Of a stretch of DNA of 64,000 nucleotides, positions 24,703-37,475 are shown piece by piece. Every line of letters begins with the position of its first letter. Position 1 is the first letter of the stretch. Under the pieces are notes generated by a model. The model was not told the origin of the DNA. It ran no database searches and saw only the letters and a program-made list of their open reading frames with translations. The stretch comes from Chiloscyllium plagiosum. Its lineage: Eukaryota. Made by a program: the position numbers and the translations under genes. The stretch is from positions 65,680,919-65,744,918 of the forward strand of contig NC_057718.1 of the NCBI RefSeq assembly GCF_004010195.1. The letters are read 5' to 3'.

Positions 24703-25830
24703 TACATAAGAACCAGTAGCAGGACTAGGCCATAGCTAATCTTTTCATGGCCTCAGCTCCACTTACCCACCTCTCACCATAAGCCTTAATTCCTTTCTAT
24801 CTTACCTTTAAAAGCATTCAATGAGGAAGCCTCAACCAGGGAATTCCACAAATTCACAACCCTCTGGGTGATGAAGTTCCTCCTCCAATCTGTCCTAAGT
24901 CTGCTCCCTCTAATTTTGAAGCTATGCCCTCTAGTTTTATTTTCACCAGCCAGTAGAAACAAACTCCCTCTTTCTATTTTAACTATTCCCTTCATAATTT
25001 CATATGTTTCTATAAGATTCCTTGCTCATTCTTCTAAATTCCAATGAATATAATCCCAGCCTACTCAATCTCTCATAAGCCAACTCCTCAATTCCAGAAT
25101 CAACCTAGTGAACCTCCTCTGTACCCCCTCTAGTGCACTGCATCTTTTCTCAAATAAGGATTCCAAAACTGCACACAGTACTCTAGGTGTGGCCTCACCA
25201 GCACTCTGTACAGCTGCAACATAACCTCCCTACTTTTAAACTCAACCCCTTTAGCAAAATTCCATTTGCCTTCTTAATTACCTATTAGATCTGCAAACCA
25301 ACCTTCTGTGATTCATGCACAAGGATATCCTGGTGCCTTTGCACAGCAGCATGCTGCAATTTTTTAACGTTCAAAGAATAGTCTTTTTATCTGTTATTCC
25401 TAACAAAATGGATGACCTTACATTAATCAACATTGTCCTCCATCTGCAAGACCTTTGCCCACTTAAACTATCCATGTCCCTCTGCAAACTTTGATTACTC
25501 TGCACACTTTGCTTTACCACTCATCCTAACGTCATCCAAAAGGGGTCCGCAACTTCAAATCATCTATGTAGATTGTAAACAATTGCAGTCCCAACACTGA
25601 TCCCTGAGGCACGCCACTAGTCACTGATCACCAACCAGAAAAGCACTCACCTATCCCCACTCTTTACTTCCTGTTAGTTAACTAATTCACTATCCATGCC
25701 AATACATTGCTTGTAACACTGTGCACCTTTATCTTGTGTGGCCTTCTGGAAGTCCAGATACACCACATCCCCTAGGTCTCTGTTGTCCATCACGCTTGTA
25801 ATGTCATCATAGAATTCTAGCAAATGATCT
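24703..25830 (-). mobile_element. CR1 LINE, 5'-truncated
   Basis: [33 protein letters not shown] on the minus strand; tail at 24703. Confidence 0.88.
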
Positions 25831-26020
25831 GTTATGAGGAGAGATTATACAGATTAGGCATGTTTTCTATAAAATTTAGAAAGTTAAGGAGTGATCCGAT
25901 TGAAGACTTCAAGGTATTAACAGGAAAAGATGGGCTAGATAAATTATTTCCACTGGTTGACGATTCTAGAACCAGGAGATGTATCTGAGAATTATGGGCA
26001 AACTGTTCAAGAGTGACATT

Positions 26021-27105
26021 AGAGTCATAGAGATGTACAGCACAGAAACAGACTCTCCGGTCCAACTTGTCCATGCTGACCAGATATTCTGAACTGATCT
26101 AGACCCATTTGCCAGCACTTGGCCCATATCCTTAAATGTTGGTATTGTACCAGCCTCCACCACCTCTGCTGTCAGCTCATTTGCGCCAATCTCTGTGTGG
26201 AAAAAATTGCCCCTTAGGTCCCTTTCAAATCTTTCCCCTGTCATCACCTTAAACCTATGCCCACTAGTTTTGGACTTCCTATTCACCCTATCCATGTCTA
26301 TCATGATTTTGTAAACCTCTATAAGGTCATCCCTCAGCCTCCAATACTCCAGTGAAAACAGCCCCAGCCTATTCAGCCTCTCCATATAGCTCAAATCCTC
26401 CAACCCTGACAATACCCTTGTAAATCTTTGTTGAACCCTTTCAAGTTTCACAACATCCTTCCTGTAGCAGCGTGACCAGAATTGAATGCAATATTCCAAA
26501 AGTAACTTAACCAATGTCCTGTAGTCAACGCACTGACCGATAAAGCAAGTGTACCAAACACCTTCTTCATTATCCTGTCTAGCTGCAACTCCACTTCTAA
26601 GGAATTATAAACCTGCATCCTAAAGTCTCTTTACTCAGGAGCACTCCCCAGGACCTTACCATTATATGCACCAGTCCTGCCCTGATTTGCTTTATCAAAA
26701 TGCAGCACCTCGCATTTATCTAGATTAAATTCCATCTGCCACTCCTCGGCCCATTTGCTCATCTGATCAAGGTCCCGTTGTACTGAGGTAACCTTCTTCA
26801 TTGTCCACTACACCACCAATTGTGGCATTGTCTGCAAACTTACTAACCATCCTCCTACATTCACATCCAAATCATTTATATAAATGACAAAAAGCAGTGG
26901 ACCCAGCACAGATCCTTGCAGCACACCGCTGGTCACAGGCCTCCAGTCTGAAAAACAACTTCCACCACCACCCTCTGTCTCCTACTATCGAGCCAATTTA
27001 ATATCCAACTGAATCGCTGTCCCAATATTCCATGTGCTCTAACCTGGCTAACGAGTCTACCATGGAGAATCTTGACGAACACCTCGATGAAGTCCATATT
27101 GACAA
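26021..27105 (-). mobile_element. HER1/CR1 LINE, 5'-truncated
   Basis: ORF 25966-26514 LLEYCIQFWS…KLERVQQRFTR; HER1 tail agagtcatagagatgtacagcac. Confidence 0.9.
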
Positions 27106-28193
27106 CTTCTACAAAAAAAGGCTCATAGATGTTTGGAACTCTCTCCACAAACGGCAATGGATGCGGGATCAATTGTTATTTTTAAATCAGATAATAATGT
27201 TTTGGTAAACTAAAGGTACTAAAGGATATGGGCCAAAGGCAGGTGTATGGAGTTAGATCACAGATCAGTCATGATCTCATGGAGTGTCAGAACAGTCTCG
27301 AATGGCTGAATGACCTACTTCAGTTCCAATGTAAGTTTCATTGGACTGTAATGAACCATAGATGGTAAAAATCAGTTTGTAACCATATAAATAATGCTCA
27401 CCCTGATGGTACCATATTGATCAGGAGATCGTTTCAACTTCCTGCTCATTGCCGAAATAGCACACAAGTGCAGTAAGGAGCTTCTCAATAGGTCTCAATA
27501 GTTTTGTGGGGCAGTGGGGGGAGAGCAATTAGCTACTGGGTTTGCTGTGTACCAACTAATTCTGGAACCATTCAGAAGGGGTTAAAAAAGGTTGATGTGA
27601 GATGAAGATCAAATCCCTCCCGTGGTTTTATACTCTCCAGACACTCACTATATCCAAGTTATATCAGTGCAGAGTGACCTCTGTCTAAGATGCTGGGATC
27701 CAACTGTGACTATTCCATAAATAAAGTAAGCATCACTTTTAGGAGCGATAACAAAAATCTATTTCAAAAATGGTGGATTAAACTCAAGATTGTAAAAGGT
27801 TTCTCTCCATCCTGGTACCAAAGATCATTTGTCATGCAATACCTTCTTCAGGAAGTAACAATCCCCTCTTTTTCAAAAATGTATCTTTGGTTATTAAACT
27901 AATTTATGCTTCTGCCACAAATATTTTCACACTGGATAAATAAAAAAAAACTATGAAAATGCTGATCAAAATAATGACACATTTCCTCCCCACCCCATCT
28001 CAAATTAACAGACTTTCTCAGGATGATGTTTTGTCACTAATCAAATCTATGAAATGTCCCAAATACAAATGCAGTCCGAGATAAATACAAATGCTGTTCA
28101 AATCCAGGTTTCATTTCCAGGAGGTGGGAATTACTGAGATGGAGTCTGATTTTGCACTTCCATGTGTTGGGTTTAATTTCAGCTCAGAAATCT

Positions 28194-28455
28194 GGGGCGG
28201 AGGAGTGGCAGATGGAATTTAATCTCGGTAAATGCGATGTGCTGCTATTTGATAAAGCAAATCATGGCAGGACTGGTATAATTAATGGTAAGGTCCTAGG
28301 GAGTGTTACTGAGCAGAGAGACCTTAGGGTGCAGGTTTATAATTCCTTAAAAGTGGAGTTGCAACTGGACAGAATAGTGAAGATGGTATTTGGTACACTT
28401 ATTTTATTGGTCAGTGCGTTGACTACAGGAGTTGTGGTTGTACAGACATTCAGTG
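28194..28455 (+). mobile_element. HER1/CR1 internal fragment
   Basis: AEEWQMEFNLGKCDVLLF…EQRDLRVQV in ORF 28152-28466. Confidence 0.85.
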
Positions 28456-29357
28456 TGGGGAACTGAAAGATATTTCGAACCACACTACACCAATAAATTG
28501 CAGCAATGGTTCATGTTAGAAATTGGACAATTCACTCGATGCACCACTCTTCAGCTGTTCGCAAATAGTAGGGGATCATGACCAGACTTGTGCTTTTACT
28601 ATCCCTGATTTAGGAATGCTGTAGAGATAGCAAACCACTTTGTGTTTCCACTGTAAAGTAAAATGTAAAAGACTCACAGAGTTGCTTCTGTGTATCCAAC
28701 TGAGCCTTATTTCAGATTAACATTAAACAGTATTTTGGGACAAATTAACTTGTCAATCTGTTGGTTGACTTTTTTTTTGAAAGCAAAAATAATCCTGTTT
28801 ATAGATCCTACATCTTCAGGATCTGCTGGTGAGATGTACGATCCATCAAAGGCTTAGCAACAAGGAAATGGAGAGCCTTAACTACAATCCTGGGTGCCCC
28901 TTCCTCAAAAGGAGACAGGGTCATGCGAAGAGGCTGTGAATCCACATACAGGCTCTCTGGCCCTTTCACTTTCCCTTACCTGATCCTCTCTGATTCTTGG
29001 AAATGCAGACTGAGGAGGGTGGGGCCTGACAAGAGAAGTTCTTCCATGATCTCCAGTCCAAACCTTCAGGGCCAACGAAGTCCACTGCCGAGCAGCCACA
29101 CTCCACCCCAGCTGCAGAACCAGGGAGTACACAAAGATGTGTTGGGAAAGAGAGGAAGCAGAAAACATATTAAGAGAACCTTATTAAGATGACAGTAGGT
29201 CATATGTGACTGTCTGCTTATGTGTAAATGTTAGCGCCTCAAACATACAGTGTCTCTGAGTAGGTGCTAAATGCATTGTCACGCCATCCAGTATCACTTC
29301 ATTGGCCACAATTAATGGTCCATGGATGGAAGTCCATGTTGACAGCTTACTGCACCA

Positions 29358-29590
29358 CAGAACCATAGAAAATAGCTGGGGTAGGCCACTTGGCCCATTG
29401 AACCTGCTCTGCTATTCGATAGGACCATGACTAATTATTCTCTTCTATCTCTCTTTTCCTGCTTTCTTCCCATACTCTTTGATCCATTTAGTTCTAGGAA
29501 TTCCTTCTTGAAAACTTCAACATTTCAGCATCAATCACTTTCTGTGGCAGAGAATTCCACAGGAAGAAGGGGAACAACACTTAAATATGG
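29358..29590 (-). mobile_element. CR1 3' end fragment
   Basis: gtaggccacttggccc…agagaattccacag pattern matches other CR1 tails in the window. Confidence 0.7.
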
Positions 29591-29798
29591 CATTGGGTCA
29601 TAATGATACTTCTGATCCTCCTCATTAAACAGCCCTCATGTTTGGCCCCCTCTGTGCACAAAGACATTGCAGTATCCAGCAGTGGTTGTGCCAAGAAGGT
29701 GCAACACAAAGAGACAGTCAATGCTGCCAAATGGCCAGGAAATAAGCTGCCTATGTGCCCATGGGTCTGCGACCAACGTTCTTTTGCTTTCAAAAGCC

Positions 29799-30115
29799 GG
29801 GCAGCACGGTGGCACAGTGGTTAGCACGGCTGCCTCACAGCGCCAGAGACCTGGGTTCAATTCCCGCCTCGGGCGACTGACTGTGTGGAGTTTGCACGTT
29901 CTCCCCATGTCTGCGTGGGTTTCCTCCGGGTGCTCCGGTTTCCTCCCACAGTCCAAAGATGTGCAGGTCAGGTGAATTGGCCATGCTAAATTGCCCGTAG
30001 TGTTAGGTAAGGGGTAAATGTAGGGATATGGATGGGTTGCGCTTCGGCGGTGGCGGTGTGGACTTGTTGGGCCGAAGGGCCTGTTTCCACACTGTAAGTA
30101 ATCTAATCTAATCTT
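29799..30115 (+). mobile_element. HE1 V-SINE, full length, young
   Basis: Complete head, V-domain and (taatc)n tail. Confidence 0.95.
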
Positions 30116-32519
30116 ATACTTGTTGTTTGCTGCAGCCTCCTCTCTCATTGATTGAGTGACTTACCCCATCCACTCTGAGGGTGCCCAGAGCCATTTTTCT
30201 TCCTCATTGCACTTCCTTCTTTCTGCACGATGGAAGGTAGTGGTAAGTCCTCCTTTGCCAGTACACCTAAGCACCAATACCCTGACCAGATGCCTGATCA
30301 TGGCCAATCCTCTGAAGTGATATCAGAGGTTGCCCTTCACTTACTATGCCAAGACCCCTGGCTGACGGACGTCTCCATGGATTTTAGTGAGAATTTCTAT
30401 CCTCAGACTTAGAGACCTGGCTATCTGCTTTCTGCAAATGCAGCTTGTTTGCCATAATCTGCTGGTACATGGTGTGGGTGAGAGATGTTGCATGCTTCTG
30501 TAGAGCAAAATGTATATTCTCTTGCCTGAAGACTACTGACTCACAAAATAAGCTGCCTGGTTATGTGACTGCTCTAATTGGTAAGGCAAGGCAAAGCAAG
30601 GCATGAAAGCTACGAGCATAGGGAAGTGCTAAGTGAGTGAGCAAGCAAGCAGATCCAGATCCAGCCTAGCCCAACATGCAAGCTGGTTACGAGTTCCTTT
30701 GCACAAAGTGCCTGTGATACACCATTTCAATGGTAGTTGCCCGTGTGCCAGTGCTTTGGAGAGATGCCAGGATGGTCATGAGGGCTGTCAGTTGCCAGGT
30801 GTCAACATGTGTGGAGGAAGAGAGCATGCAGTTGATGCCTGTGCATAATGCCGGGCCTGTGGTTTGAATATTGGATTGTAGGAATTTGTCCAGAGCAACT
30901 GGTGAGCTGAATCCACTAGATACATGCGCTATTTTTCATGTCAAATTTCTCTAACGTCTAGCTTGCTTGGTAAAATAGGAGGCTGAATATTAATGTCACA
31001 TGCTGTGCTATGAACAAGGTGTATGTCAAGCAATAACCACGCAGTCACTTGGCAACACCCCATGCCGAGCACTTGTCAAAAGCGTAAAAGATGGAACAAG
31101 ATGCTCCCAAAGTTGAGATGGGTTTCACTGGCGTTTTCATTCGATTGTGCCACAAGTCTCACCACAGCCCACATTACGCAGACCCTGATCAGATTTCACT
31201 CTGAATCTCTGCCAGAAGTAAAATAACTGAGCAATTAGTTTTGCCATCAGTCTTCTAATCTTTGGTTGCTGATAGGTAATGTAAACATTTTGATGACAAT
31301 AAATTGTAGAGGTAGTCTGAAAACAGATAGAAAATAGATTTTACTGAAGATACGTCTGAACAGTAAACCACATTAAGCATACATATATTGCACTTCACTT
31401 AAGTGCATTTCTGAGTTCCCATAATTGTGTAATTGCATAGGGAATAATTGAAGTGCATTGCGTAACCCAATATTTATATCAAACAAACAGCAAAGAATAC
31501 AGACAGTGGAAATTTGAAGCAAAAGCAGAAACTACATGAAGGAGCTACAGCTTAAATGTTGCCTACCTTCTCCACATGTTTTTTTTCTGTTTTTGAGTCA
31601 TACTGGAGAGCAGGTGAAAAATTAAATTCTGAAATTTGAATTTCAAAAAAAAAATCAGAAATTAAATTTGCACTTGATAACTGTATAGAAATGAAAATTG
31701 CCATTTTTAGAAGTATAAAAAGCAGTTTTTAAAAATTCTGCATTACAGTGATTATGTAATAGTTGACTTCTGATAGCACATTTGTGATTGTTCAGGTAAG
31801 GCTGAACTTAAGCTATTTTGAAATTGTCTTCCGTGTGGATTAATGCTATTCCACCTTCATTGTTTACCTTGAGAGATTAATTAGGAAGGAATCAAATGTT
31901 AATAGCATTAGCTTCAGGATGGAGAAGCTTCTCAACCAGGCCAGGGATGAACATGTCTTAAATAGGGCTCTAGCTTTTTATATTTTTAAACTTGTTTTAC
32001 ACTTAGTATTACATTAGCAGTGACTCTAAGTATAATAAAATTTAGATATACTGACTAGATTTCCAGTTAATGATCCAAATTATCGAGAAAGGTTTGTATC
32101 AAGCTGGTGGAATTTCCAGATAGTTTTGATTTTATTATTCCTTAGCTCAAAACTTGTTCCAATCTTACAGGGCAGAAATAGTTGTTTAATCTTTTAGAAG
32201 GAAAATACTCAACTTTTTCCATTCCAAAACATACGTACGCCTCAATGTTATTGATTTGGAACCATACCTAAAAAACATATCCTTTAAAGTGTACAGGGTG
32301 GTTCAGTCTTCCTGTATGTATTGTACTTCTTTCACATTTTAGAACACCACCATTTGGTAATCCTTTCTCAAGTATGTCCCCCGTTGTTATTTCACTTGGT
32401 CCATTCTTAATTTCTTTCTAAACATATTGCAAGTGTATTTATATTTGCTGGTGTCCAAAAACCACAATTGAAGGCACCACAAAGTGTAGAAGGACACTCC
32501 ACTTATACCTATCATGATG

Positions 32520-32965
32520 GTCTCTCCCTGGAGCCTGAGAGCCCTGGAGCTGCGCATGGGGAAGTAGCCCTGGAGGAGTGAGTTCTGGAGCAGCATGAGG
32601 GGATCAAGTCCTGGAATGTACCTTGGAGCAGCTGAATGCCAGTACAGAACAGACTGGAGGCTTGGAGCAGAGCAGGAACAGCTGTTGAACTGGGACCTGG
32701 TGCAGGCGTTCACATCACACGCGAAGGACCTGCCCTGAATTGCTACATGTAATGTTTATTTGAAATTTTTTTACCTGACTGTAATGTTAATCCTTTAATG
32801 ATGTCTTATTTAAAACTTCTTTTTTAAACTCTATAAAGTAATGCAACTACTTTTTATTCTTCTTTTGTATCCAAGATGGTGCCATAAGAGGCAGATGTTG
32901 TAAAATCTTTTCACTGTACTTCTACAATGGAGCACATGTGACAATAAAGCATATTCTATTCTAAA
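32520..32965 (+). mobile_element. Non-coding element with Rex1/Babar-like tail
   Basis: GA-rich ctggag-repeat body, then ccaagatggtgcc, ttttcactgtact…cacatgtgacaataaa and (attct)n; tail similar to 19410-19445. Confidence 0.5.
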
Positions 32966-33009
32966 ATCTATTTTTTGCAATAAAATAGATACCAATTTGG
33001 AAACATTGA

Positions 33010-33125
33010 AATTACATAAATCAGACTAAATCTGTGAAAAGAAAAGGAAATATGTGCTTTCAGGTCAATTAAACTTTTATCAGAACTGGCAAAAGTGAAA
33101 TATGTAACAGGTTTTAAACAAGGAA
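33010..33125 (-). mobile_element. Ancient Penelope-terminus remnant
   Basis: Minus strand gttctgataaaagtttaattgacctgaaa, a decayed hammerhead-like core. A similar remnant lies at ~62020-62145. Confidence 0.4.
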
Positions 33126-33639
33126 GTAAAGTATCCACCGTCATTGTGGTATTTCCCTTCGAATTGGCTGCAGGGTTTTGACCTGAAATCCTTGTCCACA
33201 AACGGATTTCTCACATGATCAACCACATGGAGAAGAGCTTTCCAATGAAACCTAAACTGCTTTTTTTGCTAGCTTTATTCTTTGTGCCTTGTCTCGCTAG
33301 AGGTTTTGTTTTAAATGGTTTTCTGATTTCCGTTTCCTCCAATGACCTTGGCAATCATTATAATCTAAGAGTGGTTCTTTTCAAGGCTAAATACCTCAGA
33401 TTAAGCCAATAATGGAAAAGGAACTGTCAAAACCCTCATGCAAAGCTTCCTCCAGCTTGAAGATGGTGGGTCATTTTCCTCCTCTGGCAGTTCATGCTCA
33501 GGGACACTTTAATAGAAATAATAAGGTGAGGAGTTCCAATTATTGTATAGATCGTCATGTTTCAGTGCTGAAATCATATCAACATTCATGACTGTTGCAC
33601 TTAATGTGGCTGGGTCATATTTAGGGTCTAGCATCAGGT

Positions 33640-34805
33640 ACAATAGATAATAGGTGCAGGAGTAGGCCATTCTGCCCTTCAAGCCTGCACCACCATTCAA
33701 TATGATCATGGCTGATCATCCTTAATCAGTATCCTGGTTCCTACCTTATCTCCATAACCCTTGATTCCACTATCCTTGAGAGCTCTATCCAATTCTTTCT
33801 TAAATGAATCCAGAGACTGGGCCTCCACTGCCCTCTGGGGCAGAGCATTACACACAGCCACCACTCTCTGGGTGAAGAAGTTTCTCCTCATCTCTGTCCT
33901 AAATGGTCTACCCCGTATTTTTAAGCTGTGTCCTCTGGTTCGGCACTCACCCATCAGCGGAAACATGTTTCCTGCCTCCAGAGTGTCCAATCCTTTAATA
34001 ATCTTATATGTCTCAATCAGATCCCCTCTCAGTCTTCTAAAGTCAAGGGTATACAAGTCCAGTCGCTNNNNNNNNNNNNNNNNNNNNNNNNNNNNNNNNN
34101 NNNNNNNNNNNNNNNNNNNNNNNNNNNNNNNNNNNNNNNNNNNNNNNNNNNNNNNNNNNNNNNNNNNNNNNNNNNNNNNNNNNNNNNNNNNNNNNNNNNN
34201 NNNNNNNNNNNNNNNNNNNNNNNNNNNNNNNNNNNNNNNNNNNNNNNNNNNNNNNNNNNNNNNNAACATCCTCCTCACATTTCACCCTGCCACCCAGCTT
34301 TGTATCATCAGCAAATTTGCTAATGTTATTATTAATACCATCTTCTATATCATTAACATATATTGTAAAAAGCTGCGTAGTACTGATCCCTGCGGTACTC
34401 CACTGGTCACTGCCTGCCATTCCGAAATGGAGTCGTTTATCACTACTCTTTGTTTCCTATGAGCCAACCAACTTTCAATCCAAGTTAGTACTTTACCCCC
34501 AATACCCTGCGCCCTAATTTTGCTCACTAACCTCCTATGTGGGACTTTATCAAAAGCTTTCTGTGAAAGTCCAGGTACACTACATCTACTGGATCTCCCT
34601 CGTCCATCTTCAGAGTTATATCCTCAAAAAATTCCAGAAGATTAGTCAAGCATGATTTCCCCTTCATAAATCCATGCTGACTCTGACCTATCCTGTTACT
34701 ATTATCCAGATGTGTCGTAATTTCATCCTTTATAATAGACTCCAGCATCCTTCCCACCACTGGTCTATAATTTCCTGCTTTCCCTCGCCCATGTTTCTTA
34801 AAAAG
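33640..34805 (-). mobile_element. Young CR1 LINE, spanning an assembly gap
   Basis: SKFADDTKLGG, SGVPQGS, QHGFMKGKSCLTNLLEFF, RRLRGDLIETYK; (tctattg)-type tail. Confidence 0.93.
34068..34264. other. Assembly gap (N)
   Basis: Run of N. Confidence 1.
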
Positions 34806-35002
34806 TGGTATCTGGGGATGCACTGCTGCAGCTCTACTATTATTAGGTTGGCTATGTTTGGGGACCACCCTTCCCCCACACTCACAATCTCCCTGATGTT
34901 GCACACATGTTCTTCCTGAAAGAGGGAAAGAAGATTATTAATATCCAATATAGAATGTTTGGAATTGGAGGCAGAGATATGGTAGAACGATGAAGGTGAA
35001 TG

Positions 35003-35525
35003 TCATAAGACCATAAAGACTATAAAACCACAAGAAATGATAACAGAGTACACCATTTGACCTCTTGAGTCCACTCTGCCATTCAATGGAATTGTGGTTG
35101 TTCCTACATTTCTTTGTCTACATTCCCACCCTTTCTCCATAGATTCTTGATCAGTTGGGGAATCAAGGGCTATCTTGTCATTAAATATGTACAAGGACTG
35201 TACCTGCACAGCTCTCTGTGGCAAGGCATTCCAAAGGCACTCAACCCACACAGAGGAAATTGTTCTTATCTCAGTCATAAATTGGCACCCTTTCATTCTG
35301 AGACTATGTCCTCTACTCCTAGACTTTCCCTTGAGGGGGAAATATCCTCTCAGCATTTACCCTATCAAGCCCCTAAAGAATTCTATATTTCTCAATGAAA
35401 TCCTTTTATTCTTCTAACCTCCAATGGGCAGAGTCTCCACCTGTTTAACCTTTGCACATAAGACAATCACTCCATTCTCGGAATCATCCTGGTGAACCTT
35501 CTCTGAAATGCCTCCAATGAAATGC
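35003..35525 (-). mobile_element. Old CR1 3' region
   Basis: KSRSRGHSLR…LWNALPQ in ORF 35003-35356. Confidence 0.85.
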
Positions 35526-35532
35526 GGTAACT

Positions 35533-37475
35533 GAACATAGAACATAGAACAATACAGCACAGAACAGGCCCTTCAGCCCACGATGTTGTGCCGAACATTT
35601 GTCCTAGCTTAAGCATCTATCCATGTATCTATCGAATTGCCGCTTAAAGGCCACCAATGATTCTGACTCTGCCACTCCCACAGGCAGCGCATTCCATGCC
35701 CCCACCACTCTCTGGGTAAAGAACCTACCCCTGACATCCCCCCTATACCTTCCATCCTTCACCTTAAATTTATGTCTCTGACTGTCTACTGTATCTATTC
35801 CTCTGATCATCTTATAAACCTCCATCAAGTCACCCCTCATCCTTCGCCGTTCTAATGAGAAAAGGCCTAGAACTCTCAACCTATCCTCGTATGACCTATT
35901 CTCCATTCCAGGCAACATCCTGGTAAATCTTCTCTGCACCCTCTCCAAAGCTTCCACATCTTTCCTAAAGTGAAGCGACCAGAACTGCACACAGTACTCC
36001 AAATGTGACCTAACCAAAGTCCTGTACAGTTGCAACACCACTTCACGACTCTTGAATTCAATCCATCTGCTAATGAATGCTAATACACCACAGCCCTTCT
36101 TACAAGCTCTATCCATCTGAGTGGCAACTTTCAAAGATCTATGAACATAGACCCCAAGATCCCTCTGTTCCTCCACCTCACTAAGAACCCTACCGTTAAC
36201 CCTGTATTCCGCATTCTTATTTGTCTTTCCAAAATGGACAACCCCACACTNNNNNNNNNNNNNNNNNNNNNNNNNNNNNNNNNNNNNNNNNNNNNNNNNN
36301 NNNNNNNNNNNNNNNNNNNNNNNNNNNNNNNNNNNNNNNNNNNNNNNNNNNNNNNNNNNNNNNNNNNNNNNNNNNNNNNNNNNNNNNNNNNNNNNNNNNN
36401 NNNNNNNNNNNNNNNNNNNNNNNNNNNNNNNNNNNNNNNNNNNNNNNNNNNNNNNNNNNNNNNNNNNNNNNNNNNNNNNNNNNNNNNNNNNNNNNNNNNN
36501 NNNNNNNNNNNNNNNNNNNNNNNNNNNNNNNNNNNNNNNNNNNNNNNNNNNNNNNNNNNNNNNNNNNNNNNNNNNNNNNNNNNNNNNNNNNNNNNNNNNN
36601 NNNNNNNNNNNNNNNNNNNNNNNNNNNNNNNNNNNNNNNNNNNNNNNNNNNNNNNNNNNNNNNNNNNNNNNNNNNNNNNNNNNNNNNNNNNNNNNNNNNN
36701 NNNNNNNNNNNNNNNNNNNNNNNNNNNNNNNNNNNNNNNNNNNNNNNNNNNNNNNNNNNNNNNNNNNNNNNNNNNNNNNNNNNNNNNNNNNNNNNNNNNN
36801 NNNNNNNNNNNNNNNNNNNNNNNNNNNNNNNNNNNNNNNNNNNNNNNNNNNNNNNNNNNNNNNNNNNNNNNNNNNNNNNNNNNNNNNNNNNNNNNNNNNN
36901 NNNNNNNNNNNNNNNNNNNNNNNNNNNNNNNNNNNNNNNNNNNNNNNNNNNNNNNNNNNNNNNNNNNNNNNNNNNNNNNNNNNNNNNNNNNNNNNNNNNN
37001 NNNNNNNNNNNNNNNNNNNNNNNNNNNNNNNNNNNNNNNNNNNNNNNNNNNNNNNNNNNNNNNNNNNTTGTTTCCTCAACCTTATGTAAGCCTCCTTCTT
37101 CCTCTTTACTAGACATTCAACCTCCCTCGTTTTGTACCAAGGTTCCTTCACACGACCATCTCTTTCCTACCTGACAGGGACATACATATCAAGGACACGT
37201 CTTATCTGTTCCTTGAAAAAGTTCCACATTTCAACAACATCCTTCCCTGACAGCCTATGCTCGCAATGTATGCTCCTCAGATCCTGTCTTGCAGCATCGT
37301 ATTTACCCTTCCCCCAATTGTAAAACCCTGTTGCACGCACCTATCTCTCTCCATAACCAAGGTGAAAGTCCCAGAATTGTGGTCACCATCACCAAAATGC
37401 TCACCCACTAACAAGCCCATCACTTGTCCCGGTTCGTTACCAAAGCCCATCACTTGTCCCGGTTCATTACCAAAA
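35533..37475 (-). mobile_element. CR1/HER1-family LINE, spanning an assembly gap
   Basis: Long open RT C-terminal region (CGVVHFG…LEYCVQFWS…RMRGDL), (ctatgtt)n tail at 35533, EN/linker sequence at 37068-37475. Confidence 0.92.
36251..37067. other. Assembly gap (N)
   Basis: Run of N. Confidence 1.

Larger units (their letters stand above)
24370..27335 (+). mobile_element. Old CR1 3' region in three pieces (24370-24702, 25830-26020, 27105-27335)
   Basis: Colinear KCEVMHFG…YEERLYRLG…RGDLIE-like…tail motifs separated by two antisense insertions. Confidence 0.75.

Noticed and set aside
35604..37174. Very long ORFs (299-515 aa) in the track
   Set aside because: They run through N gaps; the real parts are CR1 ORF2.
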